From the IMG/VR virus record IMGVR_UViG_3300020213_000028: a stretch of DNA of 64,000 bases. The stretch is one strand, 5' to 3'. Shown in pieces: positions 37,967 through 49,100 of the stretch (position 1 is the stretch's first letter; each line of letters opens with the position of its first letter). A program made the position numbers and the translations under genes. The notes under the pieces were generated by a model. It was not told where the DNA came from and did not search any database. It worked only from the letters and a program-made list of their open reading frames with translations. Source of the stretch: an uncultured virus (IMG/VR IMGVR_UViG_3300020213_000028). Taxonomy: Duplodnaviria; Heunggongvirae; Uroviricota; Caudoviricetes.

Positions 37967-38040
37967 TACCTCGTACCGAGCACTCGGTACGTTTCTCCGA
38001 GCTCGCCGATCGCTACTTAGACTGGCGCCGTGCGCAGTGA
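37789..38040 (+). pseudogene. truncated tyrosine integrase N-terminus (arm-binding region only)
   Basis: GGAG+GTG start overlapping xis; SRGKSWALNW..RERRIIG..A..LEYELASG..RFSELADRYLDW, then stop. Confidence 0.6.
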
Positions 38041-38247
38041 AAGGAATGGACCTGTGAAAACCTACCGCTTCGTCATCGACGCCCACGTCGAGGACGATTT
38101 CGTCATTCCTTCTTTCGCCGAACTGGCCAAGGATCTCAGCGGGTCTGCAGGCAAAGCAGCGACGTTGGTGAGCGTGCAACAGATGCCCGAGTTCACCGAC
38201 CAACCAAAGGCTCAGGTCTTCTACGCCGTCGGCCTGGACGCTCGGCG

Positions 38248-38577
38248 ATGAGCTACACCTACCTCGCCTCCCCATACTCTCATTCCGACCCCCAGGTGCG
38301 TGAGTGGCGGTTCGGGGTCGTTACCCGCGTCGCCGGCGCACTCATGGCCACCGGTGAAGCGGTCTTCTGTCCAATTACCCACAGCCATACCATCGACCAG
38401 GCTTGTGGGCTGCCGTCGACGCACGACTTCTGGATGGAGATGGACATCCCCATCCTGCGCCACGCCGCCAGGGTCAAGGTGCTGATGCTTCCTGGCTGGG
38501 AGAACAGCAAGGGCATAGCCCAAGAAGTCGAGACCGCTGTCGCCAACCTTATTCCTGTGGAGTACATCAAACCGTGA
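38248..38577 (+). CDS. DUF1937 family (nucleoside deoxyribosyltransferase-like)
   Basis: YLASPYSH, FCPITHSH, LPGWENSKG..E. Confidence 0.85.
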   Translation: MSYTYLASPYSHSDPQVREWRFGVVTRVAGALMATGEAVFCPITHSHTIDQACGLPSTHDFWMEMDIPILRHAARVKVLMLPGWENSKGIAQEVETAVANLIPVEYIKP

Positions 38578-41500
38578 AAAGCATTGGTGTGCACAAGTAC
38601 GCGCCAGATAAACCCGGAGTTTATCTACGGCTCTTCCACGGCCGCACCCCTCCCGACGAAGAGCTCCACGACTGGGGCGCCGACGGGCCGCACTTCGGCC
38701 CCCTCCAATGGGCGCACACCACTTATATGAGCGAAATCAAGCTGGCCGCGCTCGGAAGTTATGACACCAACCTGATTCTGCCGATCAAAAGCAACTTGGT
38801 CGTTTACGACGGCATGTACTACGGCGACTGGTCCGTTTACCTGGTGCAAGACCAACAAGGAATACTACCCCTATGAACGCATCCGAAAAGCTGAACCTGA
38901 TGGAACTGCTCAACGTCGCAGGCCTCCTACCCACGGCGATCAACGGCGCGCTGAACCAAGCCGTCGAAGCCAACAACAGCGCCGCCCCGGTGCATAGCAA
39001 GCTGCTCGCCGCGCACACCTTCAACGATCGCCTCGGCAAAGCGCTGCAAAACCTACAAATCGCCATCCAGTCGATCGCTGTTGACGCCGACGCCTACCCG
39101 GAGCCGCCAGAGAACCTCGACGTTCCCGGCACCGGCGAATTCCAGCTTCATCAATACACCAAGGAAGACGCCACCTTCCTCTACTGGTTCAACCAAGCGA
39201 AGTACACCCCTGCCACCGGGCGCCAAGACCTCGTGCGCGATGCCTTCAAGTGCACGCACCTTGAGGCCAGCCAGCTGATCAACGCCGGCTTCCCGGGCGT
39301 CTATATCGACGGCGACTCCGGCGACCAGTACAAAGGCTCGTTCCGCACCATCGCGGAAGCGACCCTTGCGAAGTACCAGCGCTAAGAACCCCGCCCCCTC
39401 GCGGGGGCGTTCTTGGAGATTCTGATGAAGGCTGAACACGCAGCAGCAAGCGAAACCCTGGACGGCCAGATCCGCCGCAAGTATGTGCTGTCCCACCTGC
39501 AGCAGACCACCATGACGATCGTCGAAGTCGCAGCGGAGCTCGGCTTCGACCCCGACACCGTGCAGTACTCTTCAACCGACGGGCGAGGCATCTTTACCGC
39601 GATCGTGCTTGATGGCTAACGAAAGAGAATACAACGGCTGGACCAACTACGAGACGTGGCTGGTCAAACTGTGGATGGACAACGAAGAGGGCGCGCAGAG
39701 GCTCTGGCGGAGCATCGCTGGGGACGCCATTCAGCAGATCACCGAGACTAAGTACGAATGGGAGAGCGTCGATGACGCCCGCGTCTCCGCCTTGGCGGAT
39801 CTCCTGAAAGAGTGGCACGATGGAAACATGCCTGAGGGATCGGGTGTGTACGCCGACCTACTCAGCGCGGCGCTGAACGAAGTAGAGTGGCGCGAAATCG
39901 CACGCTCTCTGCTGGACGACGCGATACAGGAATGACACCAGGCCCTGCGCAACTCGCTGATTGGAAACGATTCGCGCGTGTATTAGCAGGGGAGTGCCTT
40001 CGACCACTCGGCCACGTCTCCGGCTTTGATTTTACACAGAATTCGAACTCTTGACTCGCCCTCCACTCTTAGAAGAGTAGCTTAGAGAGGCTTAGAACGA
40101 CTCTCTGATGACACAAAAATGGCACCGTTCTAAATTCACTGGAGCCCAACGATGGCCAACTGGTACGGAACGTCGCGGTCCAACTACTTCCGCGTCAAGG
40201 ACGTTAACGCCTTCAAAAAAGATGTGGAAGCGCTCGGCCTGCAGGTATTCAACGACGAGCCTTCCGACCTCTACGCCGTCGCCGCCGACGAGCTTGGCGA
40301 CGACGGCTCGTGGCCCAGCTACCACCCTGATGATGAAAACTTCGAAAACGAACTCGACTTTATCAGCTTTCTCGCGGGGCACTTAGCTGACGGCGAAGTT
40401 TGCGTCCTTCTGACCGCCGGCGCCGAGAAGCTGTGCTACATCACCGGGCACGCGCAGGCGTTTACCAACGTACCCGGCCAAACGCCGGTCTACGTCAGCC
40501 TCAGCGACATCTACGCCAAGGCCTTCGAGGCCTTCGGCATCCACCCAACTTTTGCGGAGTACTGATGGAACACTACCAACTGCGTGCCCCGAACGGAAAA
40601 CTGATCAAAGGTACGTTGGAAAAGCTCGTCGGCGTCGCGCAAGTGGTTTACTTCTATGATGAGGATGGTCACCCCGCACCTGAATACGAGGGCAGCACCC
40701 ACATCTGGTGGGACGAGCAGCACACGATCATACGCGACGGCCAATTCGTACTTGTCGACGAGCTTGGCGAGGAGTGGCGCGCTGGCCAGTGCACGCGTGA
40801 AGAGGTCGACGATGACGCCTGAGCTGCTTGCCAAGAAAGCCGTGCTGGACGCCCACGGGATCATCTTCGCCGACTGCACGCAAATCTTCGGCGTCGGTGA
40901 TGGTTACGTCAAAGCCGCCCAAGAACAGTACCAGCGTGACGGCGAGATCGAAGTCGATGACATCGCTGTGGTAAGCGACAGCGAGAACGGCGCCTATGTC
41001 ATGGCCTGGGTCTGGGTGGGCGAGGACGAAAAATGAAGACCTATCGCGTTGAAGTGATGCGTCAGACCGTCGACGTTCAACGGGTATGCATCGACGTCGA
41101 GTGCGGCGACGCAGACGAGGCTCGTCGCTTGGTTGAGTATCGAATCGACAAAGACGACCTCGAGTGGGGCGACGCTAAGTCCGAGCCTGTCAGCTCCGAT
41201 CACCCCTGGATTGAAGATGTGTGGGGGGTCAAATGAGCAACCACTTCGTCGACACAGTGATCAAAGAATGCCCAGAGCTCTACCTGCCTGTGCTCGCCAC
41301 CGAGGCCCTGCGTGAGCTCCCCACGGAGACGTTGTTCGCGGTCCTCGAGGACGTACTTACTCTGGAGGAGCTCATATTTTTCGCAAACAGGTGGCACTCA
41401 TGAAAACCATCTGTGAAGTCAACGTCCCGCTTCTGCCCAACGAGATCCGCGGCGAGCAGCTGCTGCGCATGGCCGCCCTCGTCGAGATGTACGCCCGCGC

Positions 41501-42454
41501 GCTGCGCCGAGACGCCGTACGAGGTACGGAGCACTGCGGAACCGAGTACCAAATGCGAGGGCTCTTTGGATCGAGCCTTGTCGTCACCACCCCAAGGCCC
41601 CTATGAAATTCCCACTGAACATGGTCGATTACAACAACCTGATCGGAGACGCCTCCGGGCACATCCTCTTCAAATCCGAGCTGGCCGAGGTGGTGCGGAT
41701 GGCCAATGCGTACGACGAGATGACAGCAATGCTTCACAAGCTCCAAAACGGCATCTACACTTTCCACACAGATCCGCTGGGAGCTGCGCTCAACGAGGTT
41801 TGTGCCAAGTACCCGGTACGAGGTGCTTCATGAGTCGCCAGATCACCGCTGCTGAGCTCGCTGAGATCGTCAAGCGCCTGCTCACCGGTGACCTCGGCCA
41901 AGAGCTGAGCCCGCTGAAGTATAGCCTTTTGATGACCTACCTCGCGGACACGGTATGTTCGTTCTGCGGTGGCAAAATCCCGCACCTCGCGACCGCCATG
42001 GACGACACCTGGTACGTGGGTATACATCGTAACAAAGACATGCCCGACGACGGCGGAGTCTGGGCCGGATATGACGACGAAGGAGACCTGATTGAAGATC
42101 GAACTCGACCTAGAAATATCTGACGAGTGGTGCGCGGACGTCATGAGCGCCGCGCTCGAGGGCGGTATCGGCTACTGGTGCGCAGCCGACAGCATCCAGA
42201 GAGACGGCCTGGGCTTTCGCAGCTTCATAGCCTATGACGCCGAAGATGAAAACGCCTTCAAGCCCAAAGGATGTGACAGGCGCTCGATCCGCCTCGGCGT
42301 GGAACGAATCCTCAGCGGCGAGGTGAAGGTTAACAAGGTCCTGTGCGGCTGCATTCTCGCCGGCGTCACTTCCTACGACTCTGGGCTGATTGACGCCGAC
42401 GCCGCGGACTGCATTGTTCAAGCAGGGCTGTTCAACGACCTGGTGTTCGGATAA
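38574..42454 (+). CDS. block of ~13 small hypothetical genes (e.g. 38574-38876, 38873-39385, 39612-39935, 40152-40565, 40565-40822, 40812-41036, 41830-42123, 42092-42454)
   Basis: coupled acidic small ORFs; YNGWTNYETW and RSNYFRVKD motifs typical of phage/plasmid accessory genes. Confidence 0.6.
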
Positions 42455-42542
42455 TCTCTAGCCCAGCGGACGGTGGCGATGTAACTTCCGCAGCTGCGGC
42501 CGGTCGGACTCCCAGGCTATTACCTACGATAGGTGACGCAGC

Positions 42543-42573
42543 ACGACCCCGGAACCTCGGGGTCGTTTCTTTT
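42543..42573 (+). terminator. Rho-independent terminator ending the plus-strand block
   Basis: ACGACCCCGG-aacc-TCGGGGTCGT followed by TTCTTTT at the strand convergence. Confidence 0.8.
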
Positions 42574-42664
42574 ATGAGATCATAACCAAACGGAGGGACT
42601 TTACCTCTAGAACGGCTGGGCCGTTCCTTCTACACATTCAAAACTAAACGGGGAAACTTTTCTC

Positions 42665-43123
42665 CTAGTCCTTACTCCTAACGCGCCCTTTTTTTAGCCA
42701 GACTGTATCCACCACCCCGCCTGTGCAGGTGTCCACTTCCTGCGCTACCGCGATGGCTTCCTCCGGCTCGTGCCCCAGGAGCATCGCCGCCAGCGCGGCC
42801 TGCCGCCCGGTGCCGATGGCCCAATAGTCATCCTCCACCACGTCAGGCACGCAGTCGGTGTCATACACCAGCAGCGAGCCCTTCGCGGTGAGCACCAGCG
42901 CCGCCAGCGAGTGCTTCTTGTTGAACTCCGGCGCCTTCACCGTCTTCGACGTGAGCGAGGCCCGATACCACGCCCAGAATTTGACGATCGCTGGGTTGTC
43001 GCCGGCCACACCGACAATCGACCCGTTGATCTCGCGCAGCTTGATGCAGCTGTAGCTGACGTCCCCGTCGGTCACCTTGCGGTCCGCACTCATGCACTGG
43101 CGGTTCGCCGCGATGGTGGTCAT
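42665..43123 (-). CDS. Ntn-hydrolase, HslV/proteasome beta-like peptidase
   Basis: MTTIAA N-terminus, ADRKVT, GVAGD, WAIGTG..ALAAM, D..TGG. Confidence 0.8.
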   Translation of the reverse strand: MTTIAANRQCMSADRKVTDGDVSYSCIKLREINGSIVGVAGDNPAIVKFWAWYRASLTSKTVKAPEFNKKHSLAALVLTAKGSLLVYDTDCVPDVVEDDYWAIGTGRQAALAAMLLGHEPEEAIAVAQEVDTCTGGVVDTVWLKKGRVRSKD

Positions 43124-46100
43124 CGGATCGCCTTCGAGACCACAGAGCCGAGCGGGAGAGACTCGGCGACGAACTCTGCGAACTGCGCGCCGTTGCGGGG
43201 ATTCGCCACAGCCCCGAAGGCGTCCAGCGCCTGGTCCGCCGTCGGGCCGATGAGGCCGCGCAGCAGGAATTGATCTGCGCCGACGACGCCGCGCACTGCG
43301 TCTGCGGTGAAGGCGGTCGGACCCAGCAGGCCGGAGCGGTCTAAGCCCCTCCCCATGTAGTGCAGGAACCCGTTCTTGTCGGGGATCGAGCCGCCGTGGT
43401 AGATCATGTCGCGGAGCATCGTTGACGCCGCCATGATCGGAATGTAGGTCATGGCCATCAGCATCGGCGTTGGGTTGCCGTGCTCGAGCAGCTCGTGCTC
43501 GAACTTCTTGTTGATCACCTTGTTGAAGCTGAACACGTACTGCTTCAGGTGATAGAGCAGAGCGAAGGTCGGGTCCGCGCCCCACTTGGTGCGCTCGCCG
43601 ATGTTCGGGCGCATGGACGACTCGTCGACGAAGCGGTTGAGCGCCGCCGCGACCTTGTCGGTCACCACCAGCTGGCCGTTGCCGTCGGTCTTGACGTCGT
43701 TCGCCTCAATGCCGAGCTCAGCCAGGTGCCGCGTGCCTTCTTCGCCGTTCTTCGAATGTCGTACCAAGAACCGAGTACCGGCCGCCAGGGCGGCGATGCG
43801 CACGCTGCGCATCAACCCATTCATGCCGTTCCAGGTGAAGAGCTTGTCGTTGAGCGTCTTGCCCACGCCCTCGATGTCGACGCCGCCGTAGAGGTTGGTC
43901 AAGCTGTCGGCCACGCCGGAGGACTCGATCGCGCCGATGGTCTCGGCCAGCGCTTCCATCTCAGCGGCCTTGAGCCGGCCCTTCTTGGTGAGCCGGCTGA
44001 TCGCCGTCTTGTAGGCCTGCGTTGCCTCGCGCCACTCACCGCTGCGCACGGCGATGCCCATCGGGTCCACGACGGAGCCGAGCAGCGCCAGGCCCAGCAC
44101 GCGGTAGTTTTGGTAGACCGTCACGCCGGCGATGACTTTGCGCATCGTCGGACTCAGATCGTGGAGCTTCGTACCGAGTGCGTCGTCCTTGTACGACTTC
44201 ATGAGATCCTCGTCCTCGGCCGAGAGCGTGTAGCCGCGGGCGGCCTCCATTTCGGCGTCCCAGATCTCGTTCTTGTCGCCGAAGCGGCGGGCCCACTCGG
44301 CCCGGCGCACCGCTTGCTTGGTGTAGCGCTGCAGGCTGCTGGCCAGGTCGTCACGCACGAACGGGCGCTTCTCAGCGTTGGAGAGGAAGCCGAACACGCG
44401 GTTGAGCACGAAGTCGGCGTTGGGCACGCCGTTCTCGTCGACGGCCTCACCGCTGAACTCCGTGGCGTCCAGCCCGCGCTTGGACATGCGCTCCCAGATA
44501 GATTCGGGTGTAAGCGGGTCAAAATTTGGATTGGTGGCCTTAGCGGCGAGCTCAGCGTTCAATTTATCCAGATCGGCGCTATGTCCGGCGAACATGTCGA
44601 TGAACGCCTTCTTCTGCGCCAGGATCTTGTCGCCGCTCCAGCTCATCGGCAGGTAGTCCTCGATGTAGCCGACGTCGACGCCAGCCTGCCACAGGTAGGT
44701 CTGTAGGGAATCGAGATACGCGCCGATCGCGGCGGCGGCTGGGGACTCGACGCCGGCGGCGCGGTCCTCAAGCCCCTGCTGATAACCGGGGCTCGCGGCC
44801 AGCTTGGCCAGCTTGTTCAAGAAGCGCTTGGCGGCCTCCGGCTCAGCCTGGGCGAAGCCGCGCTGCGTGGTCTTCTCGCCGACCTGCGTGTACATCAGCC
44901 GGGCGAGCTTGCTGGTATGCGGGTTGCCCAGCTCGCGGGCGCGGTCGTCGTAGGTTGAGAGCGCCTTGTCGTAGAGCTTGCCCATGCCCTTGGCCGCGGA
45001 CGCCAGGACCTGCCGCGCGGCGTTACCGGTGCGGCCCTGCTTGGCCAGGGCGATGTCGACCGGCGACGGGGGGCCGTCGGCGAACACACCGTCGCGGATC
45101 TGCTCGAGCAGCTCCTGCGCCGTGGGCTGGTCCTTAACCCAAGCGATGGCCTTCTGCAGCAGGGCGGCGATCTTGCCCATGATCTTGCTGGTGTCCGGGC
45201 CGACCTTGAGCGCGCCGTTGTGCCAGAACTGGAAGCTGTAGGCCATCAGCTCCTCTTCGTCCATCGTCGCCGCTTCCCAGGCGTCCGGACTGTCCTTGAG
45301 CAGTTCCTTGAGCTGGGCCTTGACCGGGCCGCCCTTAAACGCCGCGTAGAGCGATTTGCGCTGGTCGGAGGTCAGGTAGTTCCGGTAGACGACGTGGAAC
45401 GCCTCGTGGAAGGCTGTGGAGCCGCTCAGTGCCGACGTGGCGGCCAGCGTGATGAGCTTCTTGGCCGCGTCGTACTGGCCGGCGTGCGCTTGGTTGGCGT
45501 CGAACTTGACCCCGGTGGTGGCGCCGGCGATCTTGTGGATGGCCGCGACCAGCTCTGCCTGGACGGCAGGGTCGGTTGAATCGACCCGGTCGGCGATGTC
45601 GGGCTGCGAGTTCGGGGCGAACCCCTTCGCGGCCTCTTTGTTCGCGGCCGCGCCGCGTAGAAGCGAGTCGAAGGACGGGGCCTCTGTCGTGCGGAACTCG
45701 CCCCGCTCCACCGCGCCGAACACTTCCGCTAGAAGATCGTCTCCGCGGAGCCTCGCCAGCGTATCCAGCACGAACTGCTTGACGCCGTTGAAGAATCCGC
45801 CCAACTTGCTGGCCGAGTTTAGCTTGAGCTTGCCCGCGCGCCAGAGAGCATACGCCTGCACCAACATCTCTTCGGGGTCGTTGCGGAAATAGTCGCGGCT
45901 GTCCAGCGGCAAATTCTTCAGCACCTGCGAGGCAATGTGCGGGGCTTGCGCGGCTTCGAACAGGTGCTTAGCGGCTTCACCGCCGTATTCAGAAGAGATG
46001 CGATTGAGTACCGCGTGCATCACTTCATGGTGTGCGGTCTCGTAGAGCGCCCCTTCCGGTTGGGCTTGGTCGTAGAGCGCTGTGAGCAGCCCGATGGACT

Positions 46101-49100
46101 CGCCGCCGTCGCGAGAAGCGCCATACACTCCGAGAACCCCAGGGCCTTCGGTCTCCATTATCGGGGCGAGATCGACCTTCACGTACTCGCCGAGAGAGTC
46201 ACTGATTATCTTCTTCGCGGCGACGGCCATCTCGGGCGTGATCGGGACCATCGCGGCTAAGACTTTCTGCGCCGCGCTCAGGGCCTGCGCTTCCCCGTTC
46301 CCTTTGGCGCCCTTCTTGATGGCGACTCGGAGTGCGAGGATCGCGGTGTCTAGTTGGAGCGCGTTTAGCTTATCGGGCTGCGCGGACGTAAGGTCAGCCG
46401 CCACCGTTTTCGCTGCTTCAAGCGCAGTAGTGGCCGCGGGGGACGACTCCGCGTTGAGGCGAGCCTGGGTTTCGGCCACCGCTTGCGCGGCTTCGTTGAC
46501 CAAGGCTTTGAACGCATCGCTCTGGTTATACCGCCCACCCGTGTGCAGGCTCTTCTTCACGCCTTCCGCCGGCGCTGGGGCCGGCTCAGCTTTTTTTGCG
46601 GCTTGGCCCTCCGCGGTACCGCGAATTGCTTTGAGCGCGGGGAAGATTGCTGAGGTGCCCGCCATGGCGCTCTGGATGCGGTCGGTCGCGCTTTCCTTCG
46701 CAGCTGGGATCGTGCTCTGCCTGAGGCTGTTCGCCACCATGCCGGTGAGAGCTTCCGACACGATCCAAGCGTCCTTCCGTGGGTTGCCTTCTCCGTCCAG
46801 AGGACGGGTCACCACGTATGTGTCATCGCCGATGGTGAAGACCCGCCCGCCGACGCCCACGGCCTGGCTGGAAGCGGCTCCAGTGAGGTCAAGACTCACA
46901 AACGTCTTCTTATCCGCGCTCAGGCCCAACTTCGTGCCGTCCTTGGTGTACACGCCGCCGTCGCGCACTTCTGCGTGTTCGGTACTGATTCGAAATGGCT
47001 TTAGCAGCTCCGCGTTATTCGGCTCAGCTTTTTTTGGTGCGACGCCCTCCACCGCCTTCTCAGCCAAGTTGATGACTTTGCGGGCCTCAGTACTCGGTAC
47101 TTCGTTCTTGGCAACGAAGGGAACTTCGTTCGCATCCTTCGTCAACTCCTTGCGCTTCTCCTCGCGGCGCTGGAACGGGCCGTCTACGCCCTTCTCCAGC
47201 TTGCCGGCGGGCTTGACGTCGCCCACGCGCGCGAAATCCTTAACCATCCCGGGTGTGAGATTCGGGGAAGTTAGGATCTCCATCTGCGCGTCGGTCAGGC
47301 GCCGGTCTGAGACCAGCGTGTTCATGGCGTTCTGCAGCAGCGCGCGGCCGGTGTCGGTCGTGACGCGCGCGTAGGCGGCCTTGACGTTCTTCAAGGCGAC
47401 GTCACGGACGTTGGAGGCGCTCTCGCCGGCCCCGGCGTCATTCGACACAACGCCGGGATCCGCTGCGAACGGCTCAAGCGGCAGTACCGGGCCGAGCTCT
47501 CGCTCAGCGGCGCGGTCTTCCTTTTCTGCGTTCTGGGCGATCGTTGCGCGCGCAACTCCCGGCAGATCAGTAGTCGGGGCGACGGCGGTGCTGCTCGGCG
47601 CGATCTTTCGGGCCTTGCCGCCGACCGGCACCTTGTCGTTGGCGAAGCGCGCGTTCGAGGCTTTCGCTGCTCCGGCGTCGTAGCCTCGACCGGCGTTCTC
47701 AGTGCCCTCGTAGTTGATGTGCTGCCCCGACAGGTCCTCGGTCAGGACCCCTTCGTTCTCGCCAGTGAATTCCTCGTTGCTGGCCTTATCGACGTTGTCG
47801 ACACTCGTCTCCTGCTCGCCCATCTGGCCTTTCTGCAGGTCGAGCTCGAGGTCCGACAGGCGCGTCATCAGGCTCGTGCGCGCCGCGGAGAACACGGCAG
47901 GCGACAGATTCGCCAGCGCCGGGTGCACCTTGGCCTTAATCGCCCCGTCTGCGTCGCCGTAGGCCTGCGGGTTCATGATGAACGTGTGGGCCCGGTCGAC
48001 CAGAGTCTGCTGCTCCTCGGGCGTGAAAGGCGTGCCGCGGCGTGAGTCTTTGAGCGAGTCGCGGAGAGTGTTGACCACCTCACGCGCGACCTTGTCGCCC
48101 TGCCGGGCCTTCTCAGCGGCGATGTCCTCAGGCTCGGACTGCTTGGCCACCTTGGCGTGGAAGTCTTCGACAGCGGTGTGCACGTTCGGGGCGCGGTTCT
48201 CTTTGCTTGAATAAGTCAGCCTGTCGTACGTCTGCAGCTTGCCCGCGTTGGCGGAGACCACGGAGTTCGGCCGGAGCCAGCTCTTCATATCGACTTCGTT
48301 GAAGCGCCCCTTGCCGCCGATGCCATCCTCGCGCCGGATCGCCGACACCACGCCGTCCTGGGTGTCCTGCTTGGCGGGGTCGACCGTCACCACGACGTCG
48401 TTGCCGGCGTCGTCGGTCTCCTGCCAGCCGGTGAGCAGGCCAGTCACGCCCTGCTTGAAGTTGTCGTACATCGACTGCTGCACGCCCTTGCGGCTGTTGG
48501 ACAGGGTGTGGTCTTTCCACGAGGTGGCGACGTTGACGAAGTTGATCTGCTTGTTCGTGGTCTTGGTGTCGACCACCTCGCCGGTGGCGGAGTCCTTGGT
48601 CGTGTAGGTGAGCTGCACCCAGGCGTTGCCCTTGTGCGGCTTCCACTTTTTGCCCGTCTTGGGGTTGATCTCGGTGCCCGCCTGGCGCCCGGTGGTGACC
48701 ATCTTCGCGAAGGTCGTCGGATCCAGCGCCGGGTTGTCGACCCCGGTCTCGTTCGCGGAGTCGATCTCCGTGAGCGCGCTGGCGCCGCCGTCCTCTTCGA
48801 GGTTCTTCTCGATCTCGTCGATCGCGTCGAACGAGTCGGCGTTGCCATCGAGGTTGCTCTGGTTCGCGTCGGTGACGAAGTTGGCGTTGTCCTCGACCTT
48901 GGAGCGGCGTGCGCCCCTCTCTTCCTTGATCGCGCCAATCTGCCGCACCACCAGGTCTTTGAACTCACTGGGGCTCATGTCGAACGCAGTGGCGACGTAC
49001 TGCGCGATGCTCGGGCGGTTGATGAACGCATCGAACTCCGCTGGGTTGTTTTTCAGCATCGTGTCGAGGCGCTTGACCATGTGCGTCGCGCCGTTCGAGA

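Noticed and set aside
32738..38577. 2-aminoadenine (Z) or other hypermodified-base pathway
   Set aside because: DUF5664 and DUF1937 are present, but no PurZ, queuosine-pathway or thymidylate-modifying genes were recognised
42459..42542. HDV-like/theta or twister ribozyme
   Set aside because: The topology is superficially similar, but the J4/2 catalytic C segment, the L3 consensus and the twister GUCC-AAGC core are missing
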